Below, piece after piece: positions 49,601 to 62,800 of a stretch of 64,000 nt of DNA; within the stretch, counting starts at the first letter, position 1; every line of letters starts with the position of its first letter. Below the pieces are notes generated by a model. It saw nothing but the letters and a program-made list of their open reading frames with translations. It had not been told where the DNA came from and did no database searches. Source of the stretch: Diadema antillarum. Its lineage: Eukaryota. Location of the stretch: NCBI RefSeq assembly GCF_040938485.1, contig NW_027271592.1:434001-498000 (forward strand), read 5' to 3'. Both the position numbers and the translations under genes were made by a program.

Positions 49601-52600
49601 NNNNNNNNNNNNNNNNNNNNNNNNNNNNNNNNNNNNNNNNNNNNNNNNNNNNNNNNNNNNNNNNNNNNNNNNNNNNNNNNNNNNNNNNNNNNNNNNNNNN
49701 NNNNNNNNNNNNNNNNNNNNNNNNNNNNNNNNNNNNNNNNNNNNNNNNNNNNNNNNNNNNNNNNNNNNNNNNNNNNNNNNNNNNNNNNNNNNNNNNNNNN
49801 NNNNNNNNGATGCTGATGAAGATGATGCTGATAATGACAGTCGTGATCATGAGTTACAGTAAGATTTGTTGATACACTGTACGTACAGGGAGTAAAGATT
49901 TTTTAGTCATACTAGATCGATTTTGACAGTAATATTCACTGGGTAGTTCTTTTGTTTTACTTCAAGTTTCAATTGTTGGGGATAGCTTTTAATGAGAATT
50001 TTATTAGCCAAGGAGAGAGAAAAAAGAAAATCAAACACAAAACGTGACATGGGTCAAAATGTAGTGAATTGATATGGAGAGGAATTGGTAAACTTATTAA
50101 CCCTTTTTCTACTGGAACCCAGTGAGCTTTATACAAAGTCTTTGGGATTATCCAGTTCTCATGAGGAAAGGGTTAATGTTTGCAGCTATGCAAAAGAAAG
50201 GCCAGAGATTCATTTCATGATCAGGTGTAGGGAGATTGGTTTTCCAACAGGTGGCTGTAGTAGATGGTATTTCCAGTAGAGGCGACTATTGCCTGCCACT
50301 TTACAGTTTTGAAATTGAATATGATGTGAATGAATACTGTGTTTTTGTTCCAAATAGTAGTCAAGCATCTCTGCAACACTGTCGGTGAATCTTGACATCT
50401 TCTCGTTTTAGGGTGTGGTATGCCAGAAATGTGTTTTTTTGTGTGCATCTGTTTTTGTTGTTGTTGTTGTTGTTTGTTTGTTTGTTTGTTTGTTTGTTTG
50501 TTTTTTAAAGTTATACCCTCAAACATTTCTTCACCTCTTACAGGTAAATCTCAACATCTACACATTTGAGAATGTGGCTTACCACGTACTGCACCAAAGA
50601 CTTCCCCTCTACACATTCCGTGCTCTGACCGACTGGTTCGACCACAACACGGCTTGCTACAGGTATCTGCTTCAATTTTCTTGTGTGCTTGCAGTGCTAT
50701 AGACATCATGATGTGTTATGCTTTTTGTTTTCACTTTTCATTTCTTGTTTGAAATAAAAACAACACTGAAACCTGCCCCTATCCAGATGTAGAATGTCCA
50801 ACCTACAACTGCTACAGTATATACATCTTGAATATCTGTTTAATGCTAAGTACGTTAAAAAAACAATGATTAATGTTTTATGACAAATTTTGACAGTGCC
50901 ATTGCTTTTTACTGGTGAACACAATCCAAAATTATATAACAATCAAGTATCTTAGAACACAATTCAGATAATTTCTTCTCAAAACGCTATCCCATATATG
51001 ATGCAGTATTTGGTACCCTGGGGTACCCAGGGTACCAAATTTCGTTGAATTTTTTTTTTCCATCACTGTACTCTGGGTTACCAAAAATGTGCATTAAATG
51101 GTTTTTAGAATTATTATACTCACAAATGTTTTCTTGTTTGTGATTATGCAACAGTTAATGCATGCAAATAATAACTTTTTTCTCTCATTTACAAATTGTA
51201 CATCCTGTTTGTAATCTTCACTATGTAAAAGTTGAAATGGAAGGAAAATCGGCATTGGGATCGTTATTGCCGTGCCGATTTATGTCAGTGCTGATGATGA
51301 GAAAAAAGTTGCCATGACAATATTGCACAAGTGTGTGATAATGGACATGAGATGGCACTACACAACGCTATACCCCGGGTTACAACGGTACCCCAGTGTA
51401 CGGCGTGCCGAATCATATAACCAAAAGCAGTGTAAAGGCTTAAACTTTGTTCTGTGTGAAATACATCTCCATCTAACCACCAGGTGGAGAACAATCGAGT
51501 ACTATGCAACCAGGGTCCGGGGGAACATGAGACTGATTCAGCAGCTTGACCTGATCGGAAGGACCAGTGAGCTGGCCAGGCTCTTTGGGATCGAATTCTA
51601 TTCAGTACTCTCCAGGGGATCTCAGGTATGTCAACAGTTTTCACTTGCTCACAGGTCCAGTTTAGTTTGCAGGCACAAACTCTTGTTGACTCCTTAATGA
51701 CTAACAAGGGTTTGTGCCTGCAAACTAAGTCTAGTTTGTGTTTTGTGTTCCAAACTTCTACATGCTTTACCTTTTTCGTAATTGCTGTATTTTGAAAACA
51801 AACATGTAAAACCTTGTTAGGTTTATAAAACCTCCCCCCCCCCTTACACCATGAGGTCCATTTTGAAGTGAGTATTGCAAATTTGTAAAGAGTGGCAAAT
51901 CTATACCAATTTTCCTTTTTAGAAGTGCTCTGACTAAGCCAGTTTACTTCACATTTGTACACAGGCAGAACTTGGAGGCATTTCACGAAGCATTTTGTCA
52001 GATATATTTTATGACAAACTGTTATAAGCTACTGAAATCCTTGCATCTGATTGGCTGAGATCAGTTTTGTCTGACAAATTTGTTATCTCTCTGTCTGCAA
52101 CAGTACCGAGTTGAGTCTATGATGCTCCGACAAGCCAAGTGCGCCAACTATATCGCTGTCTCGCCCAGCGTCCACCAGCGCTCGCGGTCCAAGGCGCCCG
52201 AATGCATCCCCCTGGTCATGGAGCCAGAGTCGCGCTTCTACGAGGACCCCGTCATCGTGCTGGACTTCCAGTCCCTCTACCCGTCCATGATGATCGCTTA
52301 CAACTACTGCTTCTCGACCTGCCTCGGAAGGGTGGAGCACATAGCCCAGTGAGTTGGCAGTGAAGGGTTTAGCCTCATCCATCACCATGGGCCACCTGCT
52401 TTGTGTGCAAAGTTACTAGCATTTTGAGAAAGTAATCTTTGGTAGGCTAAGGTTGAATGATGGATATATGTGCATTGATTGTGTATGATGTGTGAAACAG
52501 TCACAAAATATCTTTGCAGCATGAGAAGATGTGCAAAATGGCAGACATACACTCATATGACTTTTTTATCCTGTCATGCCATGACAATGATTGAGTGGCA

Positions 52601-55600
52601 ATGGTTGTCCTTGAGAACTCTGTGTGTCACAAACTTTGCTTATGACTCTCTGTTTTTATATTTCTAAGAGTATATTTATTGATGTAGCTCTGCTAGTTCG
52701 GTCAGGATGACAAACATATTCTTGCCATTAATCTTAGGAATTGCAGTTTACTCTGTGGTTAGAAATTTGTCATAAACTTGTTACTTCTCGTGAACATGAG
52801 ACCATAATGCTTTTCAACCAATAGTGTAGTCTTGCTGTGTTTCTCATATCCCCCTTTTCCTATCTTTCATATTTATTTCCCTTTTGATTTTCTCCGTCTT
52901 GTGGAAGGAAGACAAATTCTAACACAAGGAAAGAAAAATGCCCCTGTCATGAAAAGGAAGTAGTATAACCTGTCTCTTTCAGAATTTCCTTGTCCTTGTA
53001 CCATTCAATGATTTATAATGTCAAGTTGCCCATATGCATTCTTTTCATAGCCACCATCATAGTCTGGCTTACCCTTAAGATGGTGATCTCCTGCATTTCT
53101 TTGTACTAATTTGATTTAATTTTGATTGATTTACAATGATTTACATTTTAATTGTTTCTGTCTATTTGTATATTGTATTATTATTTTCCAATGAATGAGT
53201 GCACTTGAATGGACTATTTCTAATGTTATGTTTAATTTGTGAAATGCAGAAATCAAAATCAAATCAAATCAAAATTAAACCAACCTAAAACCCAAACCAA
53301 ATCCAAAACCAAAAAGCAAAACTAAAACTCCGCAATGTAAATAATACTCCTCACTTTTGTGACTCTTTACTCTATCTCAGGGGAGGGGAATACACCCTGG
53401 GCTGCACCAGCCTCTCCTCTCCCCCCAGACAGCTGGAGCAGCTCCTCGCCTCCGATGGTCTCCACATCTCCCCCAACGGTATCGTCTTTGTCAAGCACAG
53501 CGTCAGGCATGGAGTCCTGCCAAGGTAAGAGGAGCCAGGATCAAAAGTGACTTCCAAAGATGCAGGAGCTTTAGATTCTCTTTTCTTTTCTTATTTTATT
53601 AGGTGACATCATGTTGAAGGGAATGTATAGTACTGGTTGATGTGGGGATTCATGTTTTGAACATTTCTAAGTGAGATAATGAGAAACTTCTTATGAAATA
53701 TGAAAGAGCATGTAATTTTAAGAAGGATTCAACATTTATTTGATGAAAGTTGGTTTTCAAATGGCTGAGATATCCAAAACAGTGATAATAATAAAAGGCG
53801 ACAGGCCACGCCTTTTATTAGGATCTCTTTGTTTCACCTTGTTTTTGGATATCTCAGCCATTTCAAAACCGATTTTCATCAAATAAAGTTTTGATACCCC
53901 TTAGAATTGCATGCTCTTTGACATCTCATAGAGCGCTTTTTGAATATCTCGCAAAACGTTAAAAGCTAAATCCTCACCTCAACCAGAACTGTACACACCC
54001 TTTAAGCTGAGTAACTGAAGTGCTCATTTCAAAATGTGATAAATCCACTTTTCGTCATTTTTCACTTTTTTTTCCCCTTTCCCACAGATTTATGCTTTGT
54101 CACCGTGCATGCAATCATTTACTTCAAGTTGAATAAATTTCAAATTAGAAATACAAAAATTTAAAGGCATTACAGGCTTAATTCACCTTTTGCAATGAAA
54201 CAAAAATGCAGCATTAGTGCTTTAAAATAGTTCTTAAATGTGATTTAGGGATAGAAACAACCAATGTGAAAATTTGAACCAGTATAATCAATGCTAAGTA
54301 TTGTTTAATATGCAAAATGTGCACAATAGTTATAATAAATTAATGTTTCCAGACTAAACCGTCTGCAGTTATGGTTTAATGAGAAAAATTGTAATATCTC
54401 CTCATATTTTAGGCTTTATTGCAAAAATTTCATATGGTAGGATGTTTTGTGATACAGCTGACCTACACATATGCATCAAAAGTGATATCTTGAAAATCTT
54501 TTAAATCTCTGCTCCCAAAAGTAAACAGGACCTTTAAGCTGAGTAATTGAAGTGCTCATTTCCAAATGTGATAAATCCTCTTTTCATCATTTCTCACTTT
54601 TTTTTTGTCCCCCACAGAGCTATACTTTGTCACCATGCACACATTTATTTTCTTCCAGTTGAATAAATTTCAAATTAGAAACCTGATAATTGAAGGGCAT
54701 TAAAAGAAAAGAGTTTATGTCCAAATTGTGATGAATCTGTTTTTATTTTTTCTTTCCAGAACATGATGAATCCATATTCATTTTCAAAATAAGATTATGT
54801 ACAAAATATGAAAATTGAAATCAATATTTAAAGAAAAAAGGAAAAAAGTTGTGGAATCTAGATTTCTTTTGAAGAGTCGTTTTGTGATCTCATGAGGCAG
54901 ATGTATCTTGTGCTGCAATAAATCTTCATTAGGTAATTTGCAAATGTATGAGAAGTGAAAAACTCCTCTTTTTCTCTATTTTGTCTCAAATGGATTTAAC
55001 ATGTTTTTGACATAAACTCCTAAAATTTTAGTCCAGCTCACATCAAGTGAGTAATGTATTGTATTATTATTGTGATGTAACAGTCTGCTTATTGTGTTTC
55101 ATTCCTCATGTGTGCTTGTGTGATTTAATAGGATGCTGGATCAGATTTTGAACACTCGCATCATGGTGAAGAAAGCTCTCAAAGATCACAAGGGAGATAA
55201 GGTAACCAGCCATCCTCTACTTCTCCTTTTAACCTTTAATATCTCACTCTTTCCTTATTTTATCCTCATTTGGGATGTTATTTTGTCCTTTTCTTATGTA
55301 CCAATGATTCAAACTTGTATGTCTTTTTCATTTGTTTGCTGCTTATGCTGCTTTCATTTCCATTTCTTTCGTGTTGTCGTTACTGTTGTTTTATCACAAT
55401 CTTTGTCTGGTCCGGAGGTGGTATCATAAACCCACAATTGAACCCACAATTGTCTGCTCATCTTTACCCAGTGTTTTGATTGATTCCACTTGTTCTACCT
55501 TTATGCATACATACATACATACCAGAAAACAGACATATAAACACACACTCTCTTTCTCTTTTTTCTCTACCTATCTCTCAACAGTTTGCTTTTATGGTAG

Positions 55601-56831
55601 TATTTTACTTGGAATGCTTTGGATATAAATAATGCCCCTTCTGATAGCATAATCCTTTCCATATATTTAAGAAAACAATCCTTCAATAGAAAAAAAAAAA
55701 CACTTATCATCTATGCAGAGTAATCTACTCATATGCTTATAACGGTGCAAATTTATAGCCATGTAGTAAAGGGAGTACACCTCCGATGTCTGCTGTGGTG
55801 CTTTGACAAGTTTTGTAAAGACGCCATCATCCCATGGTGTTTGTTTCTGCGTGTGATATTTTTCCAGGTGCTGGAGAGGATGCTAGACAACAGGCAGCTA
55901 GGTCTGAAGCTGATTGCTAATGTGACATACGGCTACACGTCGGCAAACTTCTCTGGCAGGATGCCCTGCATTGAGGTGAGTCTTAGGGTGTGAGGCGACG
56001 TTGGGTGGTCCAGGTCTGTGCTTATGATCGTCCCATGCTATAGGTTGAATGATGATGTCATCATGCGTATTGCGGACACCACGAATGACAGTAATGTTTG
56101 CTCAATTAACCTGTTTTGCAAGTTAAATTGTGTTTCTCATTGTGTTAAATTTGTCTTTTGTTCTCATTGTTATAAGGAACAGCACATATGCATGAATTAC
56201 AACTTGTCTTTTTTTTCCAATTTTTACTTTTGTGCCTCAGAAGAATAAAAGAATGTGTTCACTCTGGCATAAAATAATTATTTTTATTGACCAGCTGTGT
56301 TGATATCCAATTAAATTTCTTTTAACATGGTATATAAAACATTAATATTTAGCCAAATATTCTATGAGAAATATGAACTTGAAAAGTGCTTACTTTCTTT
56401 TTTTGCTGAGTGTATATTCCTGAAATATCAGATATCCATTCCAGAAAATCAGAGTCTCAAATGGTTGCAAGTCGCAAGTTTTCATTGGCTGGATGCTGAA
56501 AAGTTTGATGTCATCGACTTTGTATAGAGATGGAAATGATTTGTCAACCGTGTAAAGAGGCATAACATCATTCTGGTTGAAAAACATATGATTTCATATG
56601 TATTTGTGATCGATGAACCCCTACCCTCCCAGGTCGGTGACAGTGTAGTGAGGAAGGGTCGGGAGACACTGGAAAGGGCCATCAAAATGGTCAACACCAC
56701 CCCTAAGTGGGGGGCTAGAGTGGTCTATGGTGACACAGACAGGTTAGTTCTTGGTCCATTTCTCTTACCTTCTCTTTTTTTCGTCATGTGCCATAGTAGT
56801 AAAGAGAGAAAAAGGATTACAAAATGATAGC

Positions 56832-56880
<49 letters not shown>

Positions 56881-59800
56881 TGATTGATTGATTAAATGGA
56901 TGGACAGAAGGTTACATTTATAGGGGAAATACATAATGTATAGATAGATAGGTAGGTGCTTTAGGTATGTAGATACATCAGTAGATAAATAGATAGATGG
57001 ATATACAGCATTGATGAATATAGAAATTGATAAGTAGATGAATAAATGGATAGATAGAAGGCAGAAAATTGTTCTTGGTACAGATTTGAATAAGATGACA
57101 TATGCATACATTTTAACAATTAGATGAGAACAAAAATGACTTTGCTTATTTGAGAGTGTAGTTAACACTAATGAAGAAAAAGCACCTATGCCTTAGCAAA
57201 AATTGTTAATTAGGGGCTTCACTTTCTCAGAAATGAATGCTATTGTATGGAGACAACTTGCATGTTCTGTAGAGTTGTTCATGCAGGATCCTTACACTTG
57301 ATACTTTATCATCCTACTTCATTCTTGTCTTCCTCCTCCCAGCCTGTTTGTATTAGTGAAAGGTGTCACAAAGTCGAGAGCCTTCGAGATCGGCCGGGAG
57401 ATTGTTGCCACGGTAACAGCTGAGAATCCCAAACCAGTGAAGCTCAAACTGGAAAAGGTAACTGCAATTTCCTTGTGCTCTTATTCTGTCTCATAGATAA
57501 TTTGTGTCGGGTTTTTTTTTAGCTGTAAAGTACCTTTCTGCATCATAACAAGACAGAAAAATGTGCGTCATTTTTTTTTTCCAGATAGATCAGGTTAACT
57601 GAAGTGTTATACAATTTCCAGAAGCATTGGAATGAAATGAATAAGTTACTAGAACAGTGATTACTGTGACTGTTGCATGCATTGGTCTACATAAATGATG
57701 TCGAAAAGTGTTTTGCAGGAAGAGTATTACACAAGACTCCCCTGGTTTGACAGACCAACTCAAGCCGAATTTACCATTAACCCCTTCAGGACGCGTCCCG
57801 AGTATACTTGGGCAGGTGTCTATGGGAAATGTGTGTTGTAGCAAAATCAGTCTGTCAACAGGTTAAAGAGGGCTATGCATATGTTGTTCTCTGCCTAGAC
57901 CTAATATGTCGTTGTGTTTTCTGGTAGAAATGACTGCTTAGATGAATTAGATTCATTGTATCTGCCTTTATTTTGGCTGGTGATTATCTGTTTTTGCCAC
58001 ATGTGTGCGCAGTTTGAGTGGGACTGATGGGGTGGTGATTGGCTTTTACTAGGCTGTAAAAATTAGACCAATTTGTCTGGGATTGAAATAAAATATGAGT
58101 GAGGTGGTTTTCCTATAGATTCTTTATACATGCTTGGCCTTTTTCTTTTTTTTTTTTGCTTTTTCAAATTTGTGTTCTACTTGTAGAAGGATTTGCTGAA
58201 AGTCATATTGAATTCAAAATTTGCTGCAGGTCACTTCAATTTCATTAAATCAATTTTATCAATTTGATAGGATAGAATCATATCAGGGCTAGATTCTCCC
58301 CCAATTACTTCACTGTCATTGTGATTGTCTGGTAGTCCTCTGCATGCCACTTATTGCTAGTCCATTAGAGGTGAAATAGGTGCACATTTGATCCAATGGC
58401 ACAGGGAGGGTTAAGAATGACTCGGCAGAGATTTTTTTACTAGATTGACATTATAGAAATACTCTCCCTTCATTTATGGACGTAGCACAAAGCTCTAACC
58501 TACCCCCTCCCCCATTTCTGCTCTTCCTTTCACCCTTGTCAAAGGTGTACAAACCGTGTGTACTCCAGGCCAAGAAGAGGTACGTTGGCTACAAGTATGA
58601 GTCACCTGATCAGGCTGAGCCAGACTTTGATGCAAAGGGCATTGAGACAGTCCGTAGAGACTCCTGTCCAGCCGTTGCCAAGGTAAGCAGGATAAATGCC
58701 TTCTCCACTCAGATGTGTGCTGTTGCTGAATGCATACCACTGTTTCATCTCTCTTTTTTTTTTAATTACTCACAGAAGGTATTGAATATTATGTAAAATT
58801 ATAAGAGATCATAGGCAAATTAGTAGAAAGTTTTTGATCTATTCAGCACATATGAGTCTCAAAGAAATAAATTTTTGATAGATGAATTCTGAAAGGCTCT
58901 AGGACATATGCATGTCAAATGAATTTGGATGGTGAGGAATCTTTTGGGTGTATGAACTGAATATAATGATAGTTGATATTGCTCCAAAGACATTTCATTG
59001 GATGTGGATTGCTTGTATTCGTGATAGCTTGTCTCATAAAACCTACGGAGGCTAAGGGTTACCAGCGATGTATGTATGAACATTTCAGGTAAAAAAAAAA
59101 AAGAATAAATACGAAAGGACAGGCCAAATATGCTTAGACCAGATAAGCTTTTGTCCTGCACGAAATGGATTTGAAAACTAATGGGAGGTTGAACCACTCT
59201 GCGCTCTACACCCTCTACAGATGTTGGAACGCTCCCTTAAGATCCTCTTTGAGACCAAGGACGTGTCAAAGGTCAAGCGATACGTTCAGCAGCAGTTCCA
59301 GAAGCTGAGCGAGGGTCGTATCGGTCTCCAGGATCTGATGTTTGCCAAGGAGTATAGGGGCCGTCAGTACTACCGGCCCGGTGCCTGTGTGCCTGCCCTG
59401 GAGATAGCCAAGTGAGTCATGCCAAAGCTTACTGTAAATGTCTTCATTTCCCCACGATTAGATGTGCACACTGAGCAGCTCAAAAGCATATTCACAGCCT
59501 CTTAAGTTTGTTCACCTTGCTCAATATTGCTTACTCATATATTTTCATACAATTCACATTTCACAAAGAAAATTCACAAAGAATGCAGAATTTTATTTGA
59601 CATTTCCATGTATAGAAATAGATCGACTGCTTGATTGCCCTGAAATTTAAACATTTTAATGTACAAGAACTGTTTGTAGAGGGAACAGACTCGCTAAAAC
59701 CAATGTCTGTTCTTCCCTTTCCAATTCAGGCGAAAGCTGTCCGTTGATCGTCGTTCCGAGCCCCGCGTCAGCGAGCGCGTCCCCTACGTCGTGGTGCACG

Positions 59801-62800
59801 GCAGCCCCGGCCTTCCCCTCATCCAGCTGGTCCGCACCCCTCAGGAGTACCTGAGGGACCCCTCCTACAACCTCAACACCCCCTACTACATCACCAGACA
59901 GATTGTCCCGGCCCTCAACCGTGTGTTTGGGATGATGGGCGTGGACACTCTAGGATGGTACCAGGAGCTGCCCAGGGTGATGCACGTCAACACCGCCCCC
60001 ACTAAGGCCAAGTGCTCCGGCAATACCAGGAAGGTGAGAAAGCCCTGTGCCACACCCCTCGCTTTGCCACACCCTTCTCTGTGCCACGCCCCTCGTTGTG
60101 CTTCCACCCCCACATCCCTCTTGCTTGAGAGACATAGAATTTCCTGCACCCGCTCAGTATCATTTCATTAACATATTTGATAGAGTTGTGGTCCTGTTGT
60201 GATCCATCACTGACAAATGCTCAGGACCTCTGTGAAGACCATAGTTCTTTGAATGTGATATGCTCATTCCTAACGATACCAGACCTAGAAGATATGACAG
60301 AGATGTTTTAGATTTCATTTGGCTTGTGTATTGATTAAGTATCAATATAGAATTTTTTTTAAGATAACAAGACAGAATTCATATTCATTTGTCTTTGTTT
60401 TTATGCTGTCAGGGAACCATATCCCAGTATTTCTCCAGTCTGAACTGTGCTGGCTGCGATCGCCTGACCAAGTCCGGTCTGTGTGAGTCCTGCAAGGCAA
60501 GTCCCCAGACCACAGTGACCTCGCTGATGAGGAGAGTCCAGCAGTGGGACCGGGCCAGGGTGCAGATCAACAAGGTGGGTGTGTCCCTTTGTCCTTGGAG
60601 GAATTTAACTCTTTATGCACCACATTGTAAACCCCCTGTGTGCCACATTATTCTAAGACAGCAATGCAGGCATGCTTAACCCTAAAAAGACTGGGCTATT
60701 TTGGTAGCTCGAAAGACTGGGGGGGGGGGCCTAAAGGGCCCCCCCTTAAGATTTCGGCGGTGGATCGCGCGATCGCCGCGAAAATTTGCACAATGGTAGT
60801 GTGCGATGTAATCTACAAGATAGTATATTCACATTTTCCAAAATAGTCTTCTTTTATTTTATTTTGATTAATTATGCTAATTTATGCGAGAAATCAGACT
60901 CTTTGATCTAAATCAGTAAATAAAGCTCCAAAAGTGCTCATTTTTGGTCTAATTATTCTTTGTGGCATTCTTAGCAAATGCACTTGAAAAAAAATTCGGT
61001 ATCAAAATTAATTTCTTATTTATTTTATTGTTTCATGAATTTCTTATGTATTTCCTTGTTTTTTTGACCTTTTGTTTTTGTTGTTTTTTTAAACAAAATT
61101 TGTGGCAGACACTTTTTGAAGCATAATACTCCTAAAACAAATTGATTTTAGCCATTGAGAGTAAAAATAAGCATATTTATATGAACCATGTGAAAAAACT
61201 GAATTTGCATTTACTTTGTACGCAAAATCACATTTTTGAGCCATTTTCGGCCTCACATGCATGTTCAAAATGTTATGTAACTTCAGAATCGTACCCCCGG
61301 GCGTCACAAATTTGGTGTCAAAATGTGCGGGAAACTTGAAAGAAAAAAGTCATAAAGCATCGCGGCGAGAGCATTGCGTGTTGCAGAGTAATCGCGCGAA
61401 ATGTCGAGGGGGGGCCTTTTAGGCCCCCCCCAGTCTTTTTAGGGTTAACAGGCTTGTAGTGAGCAAAGTTGTAGAAAAAATGTCACGCTTTCCTTTGATG
61501 CGTATTTTATGACAAATCTATGATTATTTGTCTTTCAAATGAAGAGTAGCTACATTATTGTAGAAGCATGATTTCTGCACACAAATCAGTGATAGCAACT
61601 TAGAATGTACTAGAAGCTCAAGCAGGAAACACCGTTTGATAGCTCATTACCACATATAATGCCAGCTACATGTTACAGGAATGAAATTGCGAGAGACGCT
61701 TTAATTGTACTTTGACATTTGGTGATTTATGGATCGGTTTGGGCAGGTTTGTTCATTTGAGCATAATATGCAAACTCGGCATGCAGTCTGGCAGGCTAAC
61801 ATGGTACATCAAGAGTTTGTCCATTTGAGCATGATATGCGAACTTGGCATGCCATCGACTGAGTCGGGCATGTGAACATGGCACATGAAGAGTTAAAGGG
61901 TGGTTGACATGGTATCGCCTCTGGCTCTGTCAAAGAATATAGTGATTGTCATGGTGATGATGGTAGCGATTCATTTGATGCTTCCTTAGAAGATGATGAA
62001 TGTGATGATAGGAACTATCTTAGTGATAGTGAAGTGGAAGAGGCGTGCAAGGAGAATGATTACCATGATGATAAAGATACAGGTGCTCAGTTGGATGGTT
62101 TTATTTACCCTGCTGCCATGCCGCTGGAGAAGATGATGATGACACCAGTGGTGATATGGTGATGATGATGAGGAGGAGGAGGAGGAAGAGGATGTGATGA
62201 TATTTTGTGATGAAAGTGATGAATACAAAGATGGGCATAAGGCTGCAATTAACCCATTGAGGACGGGCTGATTTTGCTACAGCATGCATTTCCCTTGGAC
62301 ACTTGCCCGAGTATAGTAGGGACTCGTCCTCAACAGTTTAATGTTTATATATTTACCATCCTGATGAGTGCCACAAAAATATTTATGACAAGAATGATGC
62401 TACTGATGGTGTAAGACTGTGACAGATATGATATGAATGATCATAATGGTCAAGCATTTAGAAGTTTAAGTAGCGAAAATTAATTTGAAAAAAGCTATCA
62501 CTGTAGCCCATTGAAGACTAGTACCTAGTATACTAGGGGCAGGTCTCTAGGGGAAATGCATGTTGTAGCAAAATCAGCACGTCCGTAGTAGGTTAAGGGG
62601 AATACAGTTGAGTAATTTTTGTCTGATATCTATACTTGACTGTCAGAATTGTAATCGTCTTTTTGTATCTCACTGTTGATGCCCCTTTTATTTGCAGGTG
62701 TGCTCTTCCTGTTGCGGTTTCCGTGACACCAAGCAGCACTGTGCCACCATGGACTGCCCCGTCAGGTTCGAGCTCGTCAAGGCCGAGCGCAAGATGGACC

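Larger units (their letters stand above)
12199..49808. other. Five assembly gaps: 12199-12340, 15584-15776, 26040-26179, 27778-27990, 49582-49808
   Basis: N runs, mostly next to simple repeats. All are intronic or intergenic in my models. Confidence 1.
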
